Assembly: GCA_047619465.1 (NCBI GenBank) | Contig: JBLHJW010000001.1 | Location: forward strand, 8,911 to 72,910 | DNA length: 64,000 nucleotides | Source: Minisyncoccia bacterium | GTDB lineage: Bacteria; Patescibacteriota; Minisyncoccia; Phycocordibacterales; CSBR16-119 | Direction of reading: 5' to 3' | Part shown: one piece after another, positions 1 to 9,726 of the stretch | Layout of the letters: each line of letters starts with the position of its first letter | How positions within the stretch are numbered: position 1 is the stretch's first letter | Program-made: the position numbers and the translations under genes | The notes under the pieces: model-generated | Told to the model about the DNA's origin: nothing | What the model saw: only the letters and a program-made list of their open reading frames with translations | The model's database searches: none

Positions 1-1107
1 AATTTCCTCTAGGACAACTCCACCATCTGAAACCACAGATCTGTTGTAACCCATAAGTCCTTGAATGTTTACTGGCATAGCCTTTAGAAAGTGGACTATC
101 AACTTTCTCTCTTCTTTTGTAATTGAATGAACTTTTTTATCTGTATCAAAACCAAGCTCGCCTATAGTTGCCTCAGCAAGTCCTTCTGGAGCAATTTCTA
201 AATAGACATTTTTAAAATCTTTATTTTTATTATCATCAAAAATCTTTGTAATTCTCTTCTCCAATGAAGGAAATTCTGTATCTGGGAAAGCATCAATACG
301 AGCTGTGACACGTGACCATTCCAGAAGCTCTTTAACCTCTGAAGATGAATTAAGGATTAACGGACCAGAGAGTCCAAAATGTGTGAAAAGAACCTTTCCT
401 GTTTTAGAAAACATTTTCTTTTCGTCTGCATAGAAAGAGATGTTCATAAAAGACAATGAGGTTCCAGAAAGTTCCTTCACCCATGAAGTGTCAGACTCTA
501 GTGGGACAATATTGGGAGTTGGGTTCTTTGTTGTGTGGCCCATTTTTGCAAGCCACTTGAAACCGTCTCCTGTAGAACCAGTCTCAGGGTGAGATGAACC
601 ACCAGTGGCAAAAATGTACGAGTCTGCTGTGAATTCTGTATCCTTACTCTGAACAGATATAACTTTTCCGTGTCTTGCTTTTACTTTTATTACTCCATGA
701 CTTTTCAGAACAGAGACGTTCTGGCTGTGTATAAATTTCTCCATAACTTTGTATACATCAAAAGCTCTTTGAGTTTTTGGAAACGCACGTTTACGAGCTT
801 CTACAACCAAAGGAAGCCCTCGACTTTCAAAAAACTTGAAGGTGTCCTCTACACCAAATTGAGAGAATGAAGAATAAAGAAACTTCTCTGCCTTACTATA
901 GTGCTTTAGAAGCGTTCGCTCATCGTACTCAGCATTTGTTATATTGCATCTTCCACCTCCAGTGATTTTTAGTTTCTTACCGAGCTCTCTATTTTTCTCT
1001 AATATCAAAACACGCTTTCCCCGTTCAGCCGCAACACCAGCCGCCATTAAACCGCTGGAACCACCGCCAACCACAATCACGTCGTAATGTGTAGAATACT
1101 TTTGCAT
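1..1107 (-). CDS. HI0933/BaiN-family NAD(P)/FAD-dependent flavoprotein (runs off the left window edge)
   Basis: Manual translation from ATG at 1107: MQKYSTHYDVIVVGGGSSGLMAAG...GKKLKITGGGRCNITN, later ATGGSSHPETGSTGDG and LFTHFGLSGP, all HI0933-family motifs. Missing from the ORF track because it is truncated. Confidence 0.9.
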   Translation of the reverse strand, partial: MQKYSTHYDVIVVGGGSSGLMAAGVAAERGKRVLILEKNRELGKKLKITGGGRCNITNAEYDERTLLKHYSKAEKFLYSSFSQFGVEDTFKFFESRGLPLVVEARKRAFPKTQRAFDVYKVMEKFIHSQNVSVLKSHGVIKVKARHGKVISVQSKDTEFTADSYIFATGGSSHPETGSTGDGFKWLAKMGHTTKNPTPNIVPLESDTSWVKELSGTSLSFMNISFYADEKKMFSKTGKVLFTHFGLSGPLILNSSSEVKELLEWSRVTARIDAFPDTEFPSLEKRITKIFDDNKNKDFKNVYLEIAPEGLAEATIGELGFDTDKKVHSITKEERKLIVHFLKAMPVNIQGLMGYNRSVVSDGGVVLEEI

Positions 1108-1140
1108 GTTTTTGTTATAAATTATAAAAAAGAAATAGAT

Positions 1141-2922
1141 CTATGCTTTTTTCTTTTTTCTATCCCCTTCTTTTAGAAATTGCTTGCGCAATCTAATTGC
1201 ATCTGGTGTAACCTCTAGATACTCATCTTCTCGCATCACTCCTAGAGCTCTCTCTAAGGTTAGATCTGCTGCTGGAATTAGCTTGATTTGCTCATCATTA
1301 CCAGAAGACCGCATGTTTGTAAGTTGTTTTCCCTTTGTTGGGTTAACAGACATGTCTTCTCCTTTTACAGTGTAGCCAATAACCATTCCTTCATATATTT
1401 CTGCGTTTTGAGAAATATATAGAACACCTCTATCTTGCAATGTTGCAATAGAGAAACCAAGAGCCTTTCCTGTGGCCATAGAAATCATAGAACCAAATTC
1501 TGTTTTCTTTATCACTCCTGCGTATGGCTGAAAACTTGAGAACACGGTGGTAAGAATTCCTTCTCCTTTTGTGTCTACAATAAACTCATTTCGATACCCT
1601 AGAAGCCCCCTAGTTGGAATATCAAACACCAATCGAGTCTGGCCATTCTTTGTTTCCATGCTAGACATAACACCTCTTCGGTTTCCAAGTTTCTCAATAA
1701 TAGATCCAGAGAACTCTTCAGGAACAAGGATTGTTGCTTCTTCGTAGGGCTCGCTCTTTACTCCATCTACATCTTTTACAATAACCTTTGGAGATGACAC
1801 GGCCAACTCAAAGCCTTCTCTTCGCATATTTTCAATAAGAATAGCTAGGTGGAGTTCACCTCGTCCGAATATTTGAAATTTAGCTTGATCTGAAAAGTCC
1901 ACTTTTAGACCTACATTGATCTCAAGCTCTTTCTCGAGTCTCTCTCGAATCTGTCGTGAAGTAAGTAGTTTTCCAACTTTTCCAGCAAATGGAGAGTCGT
2001 TAATAAACATAAAGATAGATATTGTTGGCTCGTCAATTGCAATAGCTGGCATAGCAGTTCCTGCTTCATCCATAAGCATTGTGTGTCCAATGTAAATTTC
2101 TGGAATACCAGAGAACATCACAATATCTCCAGATACAGCCTCGTCAACTTCTTTTCTAGTTAGTCCTTCAAAAGTAAATAGTTTTGCAATCTTACCTTTG
2201 AAAGTTTTCCCTTCTGAGTCTTTGATAGTCATTACCTCTCCTTTTTTTAGGATACCTTCGTACACTCGGCATATTCCGAGCCTTCCTAGGAAGTTATCAT
2301 ATCCTAGGTTGAACACTTGAGCTTTCAGAGATTTCTCACTCGCACTCGCTGGAATAGCTTCTACTTCTTCTAGAACCAAATCCAAAATAGGGTCAAGATT
2401 TTCCATCTTCACATCCATGCTTCGAGAAGCAACTCCATCTTTACCAATAGCAAAAACAGTTTTGAAGTCCAACTGTTCTTCAGTCGCACCAAGCTCAAAG
2501 AAGAGTTCGTATACTGCATTTTCTGCCCACTTCACATCAGCTGCGGGTTTATCAATTTTATTTAAAATAAGAATAGGTTTTAGTCCAAGTTCAAGAGATT
2601 TCTTCAAAACAAACTTTGTCTGAGGCATTGGCCCCTCAGCAGCATCTACAACAAGAAGTACTGAGTCTACAGAACGAAGAACTCGCTCCACCTCCGAACC
2701 AAAGTCAGCATGGCCTGGAGTGTCCAGAATATTGATCTTTGTACCTTTATATAGGACTGAAGTATTCTTGGCGTAGATAGTAATTCCACGCTCTTTTTCT
2801 AGATCGTTTGAATCCATAGATACACCCTTTTCAACCATTCCTGTCTGGTCCAAAAAAGCATCTGTAAGAGTTGTCTTACCGTGGTCTACGTGAGCTATAA
2901 TTGCAATGTTTCGAATTTCCAT
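1141..2922 (-). CDS. typA: translational GTPase TypA/BipA
   Basis: [29 protein letters not shown] motifs and the BipA C-terminal [15 protein letters not shown]. Confidence 0.97.
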   Translation of the reverse strand: MEIRNIAIIAHVDHGKTTLTDAFLDQTGMVEKGVSMDSNDLEKERGITIYAKNTSVLYKGTKINILDTPGHADFGSEVERVLRSVDSVLLVVDAAEGPMPQTKFVLKKSLELGLKPILILNKIDKPAADVKWAENAVYELFFELGATEEQLDFKTVFAIGKDGVASRSMDVKMENLDPILDLVLEEVEAIPASASEKSLKAQVFNLGYDNFLGRLGICRVYEGILKKGEVMTIKDSEGKTFKGKIAKLFTFEGLTRKEVDEAVSGDIVMFSGIPEIYIGHTMLMDEAGTAMPAIAIDEPTISIFMFINDSPFAGKVGKLLTSRQIRERLEKELEINVGLKVDFSDQAKFQIFGRGELHLAILIENMRREGFELAVSSPKVIVKDVDGVKSEPYEEATILVPEEFSGSIIEKLGNRRGVMSSMETKNGQTRLVFDIPTRGLLGYRNEFIVDTKGEGILTTVFSSFQPYAGVIKKTEFGSMISMATGKALGFSIATLQDRGVLYISQNAEIYEGMVIGYTVKGEDMSVNPTKGKQLTNMRSSGNDEQIKLIPAADLTLERALGVMREDEYLEVTPDAIRLRKQFLKEGDRKKKKA

Positions 2923-3174
2923 AATTTCTAGTGAGAACTAATGGGAAGCTCGCTTGCATATTATTCGAAAGACGAAATTATATGAGACGAGACACCTACC
3001 GAGCGCTCTTATAAATATTTAAATAAGTAATGTTTTGATAATAATTGGACTAAAAAAGTGCCCATTTCTGGACACCGCCATAGAAAATAGGATAGCACAA
3101 GAGCACCAAAAAAGCTATGGAATTGACTTAAGACAGAGGATGGGTTAGATTTGAATAAAATAAAGCCCAGAACA

Positions 3175-3885
3175 ATGACTAATAAAATACTACTCAAAAA
3201 GAGATTCTTTGTAGTAATTCACACTCTCACGAACGGCCTTGACCATGCAGTAAAAGAAACCAAGGTGGCAAAAGAAAATGGAGCTGACGGAGTATTTCTT
3301 ATCCATGACTATGAAAAGGGGAAATCCAAGATGGCAACAACCGATGACCAGCTTAGATATGTAGCAGCTTTAAAAAAGATATTTCCTGATTTTATGATTG
3401 GAGTAAATTTTCTTAAAAATCCAGCCTTCTTTGCAGATAAAGTCTATCAACTCAACCCAAGTCTAATACAAGAAGATGGCTTATCTGTACTCAAATTAAA
3501 CAGAAAAGATTTACCACAAACGGAGTTCTTCTGTGGTGTAGCATTCAAGTATTCAAATAATGTAAACCTAACCGGAGAAAAATTGAAAACGCACTGTGAC
3601 CAAATTGCACAGGACTCAGACGTTCCAACAACAAGTGGAGATGCTACAGGAAGTTCCGCCAATTTAGAAAAAATTAGAGAAATAAGACACTATCTTCCTC
3701 CAGAGAAAAGACTCGGCTTGGCAAGTGGAGTTACAGAGGAAAACATACACTCCTATCTTAAGGCTGGGGTTACTGACTTTTTGGTTGCAACATCATTAAT
3801 TCATCATGTTGATGAAAATGATTTTGACATATTGGACCCACTAAAGGTTTCAAAATTATCTGAGATTATACACTCGTACAATTAA
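3175..3885 (+). CDS. BtpA/SgcQ-family TIM-barrel protein
   Basis: FVVIH, GADGVFLI, IGVNFL, FCGVAFKY, TTSGDATG, LASGVTEENI. Own promoter (TTGACT 3123-3128) and terminator. ATG at 3175 preferred over TTG at 3151. Confidence 0.7.
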   Translation: MTNKILLKKRFFVVIHTLTNGLDHAVKETKVAKENGADGVFLIHDYEKGKSKMATTDDQLRYVAALKKIFPDFMIGVNFLKNPAFFADKVYQLNPSLIQEDGLSVLKLNRKDLPQTEFFCGVAFKYSNNVNLTGEKLKTHCDQIAQDSDVPTTSGDATGSSANLEKIREIRHYLPPEKRLGLASGVTEENIHSYLKAGVTDFLVATSLIHHVDENDFDILDPLKVSKLSEIIHSYN

Positions 3886-3886
3886 T

Positions 3887-3912
3887 AAAATACCCGCCTA
3901 GGCGGGTATTTT
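3887..3912. terminator. bidirectional intrinsic terminator
   Basis: AAAATACCCGCC-TA-GGCGGGTATTTT between convergent genes. Confidence 0.8.
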
Positions 3913-4787
3913 TATTTTTGTCGCAGCCTCTTAATCCTCTCCTCTACAGGAGGGTGTGTAGCGAACAAACTTTTCTTCTTTCCAAATGGGTTTGAGATGA
4001 ACAAGTGGGCAGTTGCCTTGCTTGTCTTCTTCATCTTGCCACCGTGTTCTGATATCTTCTCAAGAGCGCTTGCAAGGCCTTCTGGATATCGTGTTAGAAG
4101 TGACCCTGTAGCATCTGCTAAGTATTCCCTTTTTCGTGAAATGGCCATCTTTATAAGCATTGCAACAATAGGAGAAAGCACCATCAATACTATCCCAATA
4201 ATCATAATAGCCGACCCTCCTTTTCCATTACCATCTCTACTCCGTCCCCCACCCCAAAACATACTTCTAAGAAATATATCAGAAGCTAGCGCAAGAAATC
4301 CTACAAGCACTACGACCACGGTCATTACTAGAACATCTCTGTTTCCTATGTGAGACATCTCATGAGCGAGCACCCCCTCGAGCTCATTTTTCTCTAGCAA
4401 GCCCAAAAGTCCTGTCGTTACAGCTATCGCTGAGTGCTCTGGATCACGGCCTGTTGCAAAAGCGTTTGGTGCAGCGTCTTCTATTATATACACCTTGGGA
4501 TTTGGCAGCCCAGCAGTTATTGCTAGGTTTTCAGTGAGAGTATATAGATCGAAGTATTTTTCTCGAGAAGCTTCTTTGGCGCCCGATATTTTCAAAGCAA
4601 TCTTATCTGACTTCCAGTAACTCACGCCAACTTGAACAAAGGCAATCACTACAGCGATAATCAAAATCTCTGGTGCGCCATAGTAGTATGAGAGAAAATA
4701 ACCTATCCCAATAACCAAAACCAAAAAACCAGTCATTAAAAACCACGTTTTCCGTATATTTTCTGTTTGATGGGTGTATAGGGTCAT
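3912..4787 (-). CDS. htpX: M48 zinc metalloprotease HtpX
   Basis: PNAFATG, LAHEMSH (HEXXH), SRKREYLAD, ATHPP; next to lemA. Confidence 0.95.
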   Translation of the reverse strand: MTLYTHQTENIRKTWFLMTGFLVLVIGIGYFLSYYYGAPEILIIAVVIAFVQVGVSYWKSDKIALKISGAKEASREKYFDLYTLTENLAITAGLPNPKVYIIEDAAPNAFATGRDPEHSAIAVTTGLLGLLEKNELEGVLAHEMSHIGNRDVLVMTVVVVLVGFLALASDIFLRSMFWGGGRSRDGNGKGGSAIMIIGIVLMVLSPIVAMLIKMAISRKREYLADATGSLLTRYPEGLASALEKISEHGGKMKKTSKATAHLFISNPFGKKKSLFATHPPVEERIKRLRQK

Positions 4788-5045
4788 GTTATATATATTC
4801 CTAGCCAGGTTGTCTCAATCTTCGTATCCACCACTTGATGAGGTGTGTTTTTAGCAAAAAAAAATAGAGTCTCCATTCTTCAGTTCGTTGTTCTTTTCAC
4901 CGACAATTATTGTTGACTCTCCCTTAATTAAATAAACCCACTCATCATTTTGACTACTAAAAACCTTACTTGAAAAACCCTTCGAAGACGTAATCCTTTT
5001 TACTTTCAACTTATCATTTTTGAAGAGTTATTCAAACTTCTCCAC
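4784..5045 (-). pseudogene. cupin-domain protein pseudogene
   Basis: Minus-strand translation VEKFE*LFKNDKLKVKRITSS...NDEWVYLIKGESTI...LKNGDSIFF/AKNTPHQVVDT..TTWLGIYIT*. Both cupin motifs are present, with an in-frame TAA and a +1 frameshift in the A9 run at 4856-4864. Its TGA overlaps the htpX ATG. Confidence 0.75.
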
Positions 5046-5050
5046 ATGGA

Positions 5051-5635
5051 TTAGAACTCCACATTCACATTTTCTCTTTGTTCTTGATTGTCTTCTAGGT
5101 CGAAGAACTCTCGTTTTGCAAAGCTAAACATTCCAGCAATTATATTTGACGGGAACATTTCGATTTTCATATTTAGATCTCGTACATTTGCATTATAGAA
5201 ACGCCTAGATGCTTGAATCTTGTTTTCTGTATCTGATAGCTCTCTTTGAAGTTCTTTGAAGTTGTCGTTCGCCTTTAGGTCTGGATAGTTTTCAGAGATC
5301 GCTAGAAGTTTCCCAAGTGACTGAGTTAGACCGGCTTCAGCTCCTGCCATGGCTTTCATTGCTTCTGGTGTCATGTCTCCTACCTCTACATGCATTTGTG
5401 TGGCTGCGGCTCGCGCCTCTGTAACCTTTGTAAATACTCCCTCCTCATGAGCGGCGTAACCTTTTACAGTGTTTATAAGATTTGGAATCAAATCATACCG
5501 ACGCTTTAGTTGGACGTCTATATCTGCCCAAGCCTCTTCAGCTCGAGTTCTTAGCCTTACAAAGCTGTTATATCCCCCAACAAACCAAAGGACTCCAATA
5601 AAAACAATAGCAACAATAATATATAAAATAGTCAT
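5051..5635 (-). CDS. lemA: LemA family protein
   Basis: N-terminal TM segment, AWADIDVQLKRRYDLIPNL, ENYPDLKA, RRFYN, FPSN. Confidence 0.96.
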   Translation of the reverse strand: MTILYIIVAIVFIGVLWFVGGYNSFVRLRTRAEEAWADIDVQLKRRYDLIPNLINTVKGYAAHEEGVFTKVTEARAAATQMHVEVGDMTPEAMKAMAGAEAGLTQSLGKLLAISENYPDLKANDNFKELQRELSDTENKIQASRRFYNANVRDLNMKIEMFPSNIIAGMFSFAKREFFDLEDNQEQRENVNVEF

Positions 5636-5745
5636 AGTTTTAGTTAATTAGATTTAATAGCAATACATACATTATATTATGATATAGGGTAAAACAAAAG
5701 CCCTGCTGAAGGCAGGGCTTTTACAAATACTTAATTTAAGTAAGT

Positions 5746-6633
5746 CTAAGCCTCTTTTTTCTGAAGAACCACTAGAAGTGGACTTGCTAGGAAGATAGAT
5801 GAGTATGTTCCAAAAAGCATTCCAAAGGCCAGAGTCAGAGCAAAGGTCTGGATTGATGATGGTCCAAAGAAGAACAGAGCAAGAAGAACAATAATAGTAG
5901 AAATAGACGTATTGATTGATCTCGTTATTGTCTGCTTTAGACTGTTTCCAACAACCTCTCCAAAGTCCCCCATTTTCTTTCCTCGAAGATTTTCACGAAC
6001 TCGGTCAAACACCACAATGGTATCGTTTACAGATAGTCCAAGCACCGTAAGAAGCGCCACCACAAAGAGTGAGTCTGCTGTCGCTCCAGTAAACTGCGAA
6101 ACAAGGACAAACACACCTGAGGTAAGAACTACATCATGCACAAGCGCCACAACCGCAATAAATCCATACTTCCATGAAGAAACCGGTTCTGAAACATGGC
6201 GGAAAGCATAGGCAACAAAGATTATGATTGCCAAAGCAACAATGATCAGTGCCCATGTAGCCTTTCGAGCAAGCTCCTTTCCTAGCGATGGACCAATAGA
6301 TGTAAATGAGACTTCCTCTGTGATGTATTCTCCTCCAAGAGTTAAGGTTTCAAATATTTCAACACGTTCAACTTCTTTTAGGTCTCGGCTTTTTAAAAAT
6401 ATACCAAGATCTTCAGTAGGAAGAACAGTCACGAAGTCATATCCTTTTTCAGCAAGGGCGTCATTTATCAAAGATACATCCGGTCTTCCTTCTGGATAAT
6501 TTATCTCTGCAAGAGACCCTCCTGTAAAATCAATTCCTAGATTTAATCCAAAAACTGATACAAGAACAATACCTCCAGCAACCATAAAAGCTGATAGAGA
6601 AAGAAATAGTTTTCGATACTTTATTACAAACAT
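5746..6633 (-). CDS. secF: protein translocase subunit SecF
   Basis: GIDFTGG, IGPSLG, HDVV, GLSVNDTIVVFDRVREN, RSINTS. Start placed at MFVIKYRK, just after the secD stop. Confidence 0.95.
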   Translation of the reverse strand: MFVIKYRKLFLSLSAFMVAGGIVLVSVFGLNLGIDFTGGSLAEINYPEGRPDVSLINDALAEKGYDFVTVLPTEDLGIFLKSRDLKEVERVEIFETLTLGGEYITEEVSFTSIGPSLGKELARKATWALIIVALAIIIFVAYAFRHVSEPVSSWKYGFIAVVALVHDVVLTSGVFVLVSQFTGATADSLFVVALLTVLGLSVNDTIVVFDRVRENLRGKKMGDFGEVVGNSLKQTITRSINTSISTIIVLLALFFFGPSSIQTFALTLAFGMLFGTYSSIFLASPLLVVLQKKEA

Positions 6634-6637
6634 ATAA

Positions 6638-7969
6638 TTATTTATTAAATCCTGTTCCGAATAATAGCCGACGAATTTTTCCATCTCGAGTGCTTGTGAA
6701 AGCATATAGAAGGAACCGAGTGATGGTAATAGCTGAAATCATGCTCACAAGAACTCCAAGACCGAAGGTCAAGGCAAATCCCTTTATAAGAGAAGAACCG
6801 AACCAGAACAGAATAACTGCAGTGATAAGGCTTGAGACATTTGAATCTCGAATAGAAAGCCAGGCTCTAGAGAAACCTTCTTTTAGTCCATCAAATGTAG
6901 ATCTTCCTCCTTTTATTTCCTCCTTCATTCTTTCAAAGATTAGAATATTGGCATCCACGGCTATTCCAAGGGAGATTATAAACCCAGCTATTCCGGCAGC
7001 GGTAAGTGTTACAGGGACAAGTTTAAATAATGCGAACATGATAGCCATATAGAATCCAAGAGCAACTATTGCAATAACTCCTGGCAATCGATACCAGAGG
7101 ATAAACAATACCGAAAGAATCAAGAATCCTACCATTCCAGCAAACAATCCCGCGTCGATAGCATCTGATCCAAGCGTAGCTCCGATAGTCTGAGTTGAAA
7201 TAAGCTCAATAGGAACAGGTAGAGCTCCAGAGTTTAATCGTCCTACAAGTTGCTTTGCTTCATCTGGTGTGAAGTTACCAGTGATTGTAGCTTGACCACC
7301 TGAGATAGAACTCTGAATTACAGGAGTTGAAATAGGTGCTCCATCAAGGAAGATCGCTAGAATCTCCCCAATGTTGTCTCCTGTTATTTCTTCAAACATG
7401 TCACCTCCTTCTTTATTGAATTGAAGTGCAATAATTGGTTGCCCACCAAGACCTCCTTGCCCACCGCCAGACTGAGTAAACTCAAGGCTAGCTCTATCAA
7501 GATACTTACCAGTAAGACCAGTACTTGTGTAGTACCCTTCAAGGTCTAGGGGGTCTTCTGCTCCAGAAGAAGCCAATTTAAATTCTAGTAGAGGGGTTTG
7601 TCCAATCATCTCCACAGCTTGGTTGATATCAGTCACCCCAGGCAGGTCAACAACAAGTCTATTTTCATTAAGACCAGCGATTGTTACCTCTTGTGTCTGA
7701 ACTTTAGTCTCTGCTACCCCAAAAAGGTTAACTCTTCGCTCTATAACATCACGAAGTGATTCCATAGAGTCCTTTATTTCAGATTCTGGGATCTCTGCTA
7801 CATCAGCCTTGTAAACCAAGTGAGTACCACCAGACAAGTCTAATCCTAGTTTAAAATCGAGCTTTCCGCTCGCATTAGCGTTTAATCCTGATTCGCTACT
7901 ATATACAAAAAATGCTACTGCTAATCCAGCGATCAGAATCAAAAATGCTATCAATCTGCGTTTAATCAT
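6638..7969 (-). CDS. secD: protein translocase subunit SecD
   Basis: LGLDLSGG, IERRVNLFGVAE, LNSGALPVP, GIAVDANILIFER. Confidence 0.97.
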   Translation of the reverse strand: MIKRRLIAFLILIAGLAVAFFVYSSESGLNANASGKLDFKLGLDLSGGTHLVYKADVAEIPESEIKDSMESLRDVIERRVNLFGVAETKVQTQEVTIAGLNENRLVVDLPGVTDINQAVEMIGQTPLLEFKLASSGAEDPLDLEGYYTSTGLTGKYLDRASLEFTQSGGGQGGLGGQPIIALQFNKEGGDMFEEITGDNIGEILAIFLDGAPISTPVIQSSISGGQATITGNFTPDEAKQLVGRLNSGALPVPIELISTQTIGATLGSDAIDAGLFAGMVGFLILSVLFILWYRLPGVIAIVALGFYMAIMFALFKLVPVTLTAAGIAGFIISLGIAVDANILIFERMKEEIKGGRSTFDGLKEGFSRAWLSIRDSNVSSLITAVILFWFGSSLIKGFALTFGLGVLVSMISAITITRFLLYAFTSTRDGKIRRLLFGTGFNK

Positions 7970-8069
7970 TGGTACATAGTACTCTTTTTGAAGGTAAATT
8001 GAAAGATATTGACAGAAAGCAAAAAACCTTTATATTCCAACGATTTTATAGTGTTTACGAGTAAAAGAC

Positions 8070-8099
8070 TTGACAAGATTGATATAATAGTGATATAAT
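8070..8099 (+). promoter_or_regulatory. sigma70-type promoter
   Basis: TTGACA (8070-8075) with TATAAT (8094-8099), upstream of ORF 8139. Confidence 0.65.
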
Positions 8100-8138
8100 A
8101 TATATAACTAATAAGTACAAAAAAAACACAATCAAAAA

Positions 8139-8576
8139 ATGAGAACTACACTTGCACTCTTAATCACAGCATCTTTCCTAATGTTCCTTGTTGCATTCTT
8201 AGCACGTACTATAACAGAAGATGTTTTGGAGCCAGCATCCTTATTGACGACCTTAACATTCTCAATAGGAGTAAAGGGGGTCGCCATTACGGTAATGCTT
8301 GGATATGCCTCTTTGTTGATACAAGACTTGCCCAATAACACCACTGAAAAGTCAGGTATAGACAAAGTTTCCAGCGTATTTTTTAAAGGAACACTTGCTC
8401 TGTTATTTTTAATTATGTTCTCTATCCTCTTTACGATGGAGATACTGGGTCTGGCTAATCCGATTGAATATATGCAAGAGAATTTTTCCCATGCATTAAT
8501 TTGGTTTATTCTTGGGCTTGGCATATCGATTTTCCTTTCAAAAAAGAATAGGATCAACAAGATCGCCTTTTCTTAA
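8139..8576 (+). CDS. hypothetical membrane protein (about 4 TM)
   Basis: Hydrophobic ORF with its own promoter and a downstream terminator. Confidence 0.7.
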   Translation: MRTTLALLITASFLMFLVAFLARTITEDVLEPASLLTTLTFSIGVKGVAITVMLGYASLLIQDLPNNTTEKSGIDKVSSVFFKGTLALLFLIMFSILFTMEILGLANPIEYMQENFSHALIWFILGLGISIFLSKKNRINKIAFS

Positions 8577-8583
8577 TTAAACT

Positions 8584-8617
8584 AAAGCCCCGCCGTTTGG
8601 CGGGGCTTTCTTGTTTA
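8584..8617. terminator. intrinsic terminator, copy 1 of a 34-bp direct repeat
   Basis: AAAGCCCCGCCGTTTGGCGGGGCTTTCTTGTTTA; 33/34 identical to 9180-9213. Confidence 0.85.
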
Positions 8618-8694
8618 TCTATTTCAATCATTGACAAATACTGTAAATCATGATAGTGTATAAGCAACATAAACAGTACAAAAAACTATAAAAC

Positions 8695-9162
8695 ATGAAA
8701 AAGAATTTTGTAGATTGCCTCATTGGATCACTATTTACATCCATTATTGCTAGTTTAATAATGGTGGGAGGAGTAGTTTATTTCCTAAATGGAGTAATAC
8801 CTTGGTTTGGAATGAGTGTAGTGTTAGGTGTAGTATTTTCCGCCTCTTTGATTGCTCTGGGCATAACCCTTCCAATAATTTTTAAAAGGATGGATGGTTC
8901 TACGTTCACAATTAAAAATGAAATGAACTTTACAGACTTGATAAGCAAAGGAACGAAGCTAGTTCTTGCTGGGGTGATTCCAAGCGAGGGATTAAAGGTG
9001 CAGGAAAAAGTTCTCTTCAGGATTGAAGGAAAGGACAATACTCTGTTTTTTTTCAGATCTCCAGACACTTTTACACTGGCAGGTGTTCAACCTGGAGCAA
9101 GGTTTAGATTGGAGATGAAACCTAAAGGAGGTTACACTGCTCATATTGAAGGAGAAGAATAA
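8695..9162 (+). CDS. hypothetical protein (2 N-terminal TM plus soluble beta-rich domain)
   Basis: ORF preceded by TTGACA (8631-8636) and followed by a terminator. Confidence 0.7.
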   Translation: MKKNFVDCLIGSLFTSIIASLIMVGGVVYFLNGVIPWFGMSVVLGVVFSASLIALGITLPIIFKRMDGSTFTIKNEMNFTDLISKGTKLVLAGVIPSEGLKVQEKVLFRIEGKDNTLFFFRSPDTFTLAGVQPGARFRLEMKPKGGYTAHIEGEE

Positions 9163-9179
9163 TAGAAATAGATAAGTAA

Positions 9180-9213
9180 AAAGCCCCGCCATTTGGCGGG
9201 GCTTTCTTGTTTA
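9180..9213. terminator. bidirectional intrinsic terminator, copy 2 of the 34-bp direct repeat
   Basis: AAAGCCCCGCCATTTGGCGGGGCTTTCTTGTTTA; ends on the stop codon of the PAP2 gene. Confidence 0.85.
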
Positions 9214-9726
9214 CTTTTTTATTAACCTATACATCAAGTAAGCAACAAGCCATCCGGCAAGAATATCTATCGGGTAGTGCACACCAGTTACGATTCGTGA
9301 GACTGAAAGGAGCGCGGCCATAAATATAAAAAACAGTCCCGCCTTCTTGTGGTACTTATATACAGCCAAAGCCATCGCCATGTAGAAAGCTGAATGACCA
9401 GATGGAAATGAGTCAAAAGTCCCCGGCATGGATAGCGGAGTAATGTCCAAAGTCAAATATGGCCTGGGAGCTGCAAACATAATTTTTAGAAAGGCAGTCA
9501 CAGCCCATGTTCCAAGAGGTATAAATATTAAAGACCTCCACTCTCTCAAATGCTGAGAAATCTCTCTGAAAATTGATTGAAAACCATGCTTATGGAAACT
9601 AACGAAAATCATTGAAGATAGCATTATCGCCACTCCAAACCATCCAGCCAAGAAAAGCCAAATTTCCGGTCCATTTACTGACAGAGAGTGTATATATAAA
9701 AATAGATTTGTGTTTAATTCGTACAT
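9211..9726 (-). CDS. PAP2-family phosphatase (undecaprenyl-diphosphatase-like)
   Basis: KxxxxxxRP, SFPSGH and SRIVTGVHYPIDI motifs. Confidence 0.92.
   Translation of the reverse strand: MYELNTNLFLYIHSLSVNGPEIWLFLAGWFGVAIMLSSMIFVSFHKHGFQSIFREISQHLREWRSLIFIPLGTWAVTAFLKIMFAAPRPYLTLDITPLSMPGTFDSFPSGHSAFYMAMALAVYKYHKKAGLFFIFMAALLSVSRIVTGVHYPIDILAGWLVAYLMYRLIKK

Noticed and set aside
8132-8560. 142-aa minus-strand ORF
   Set aside because: Fully overlaps the plus-strand ORF 8139-8576, which has the promoter, the terminator and a coherent TM pattern.
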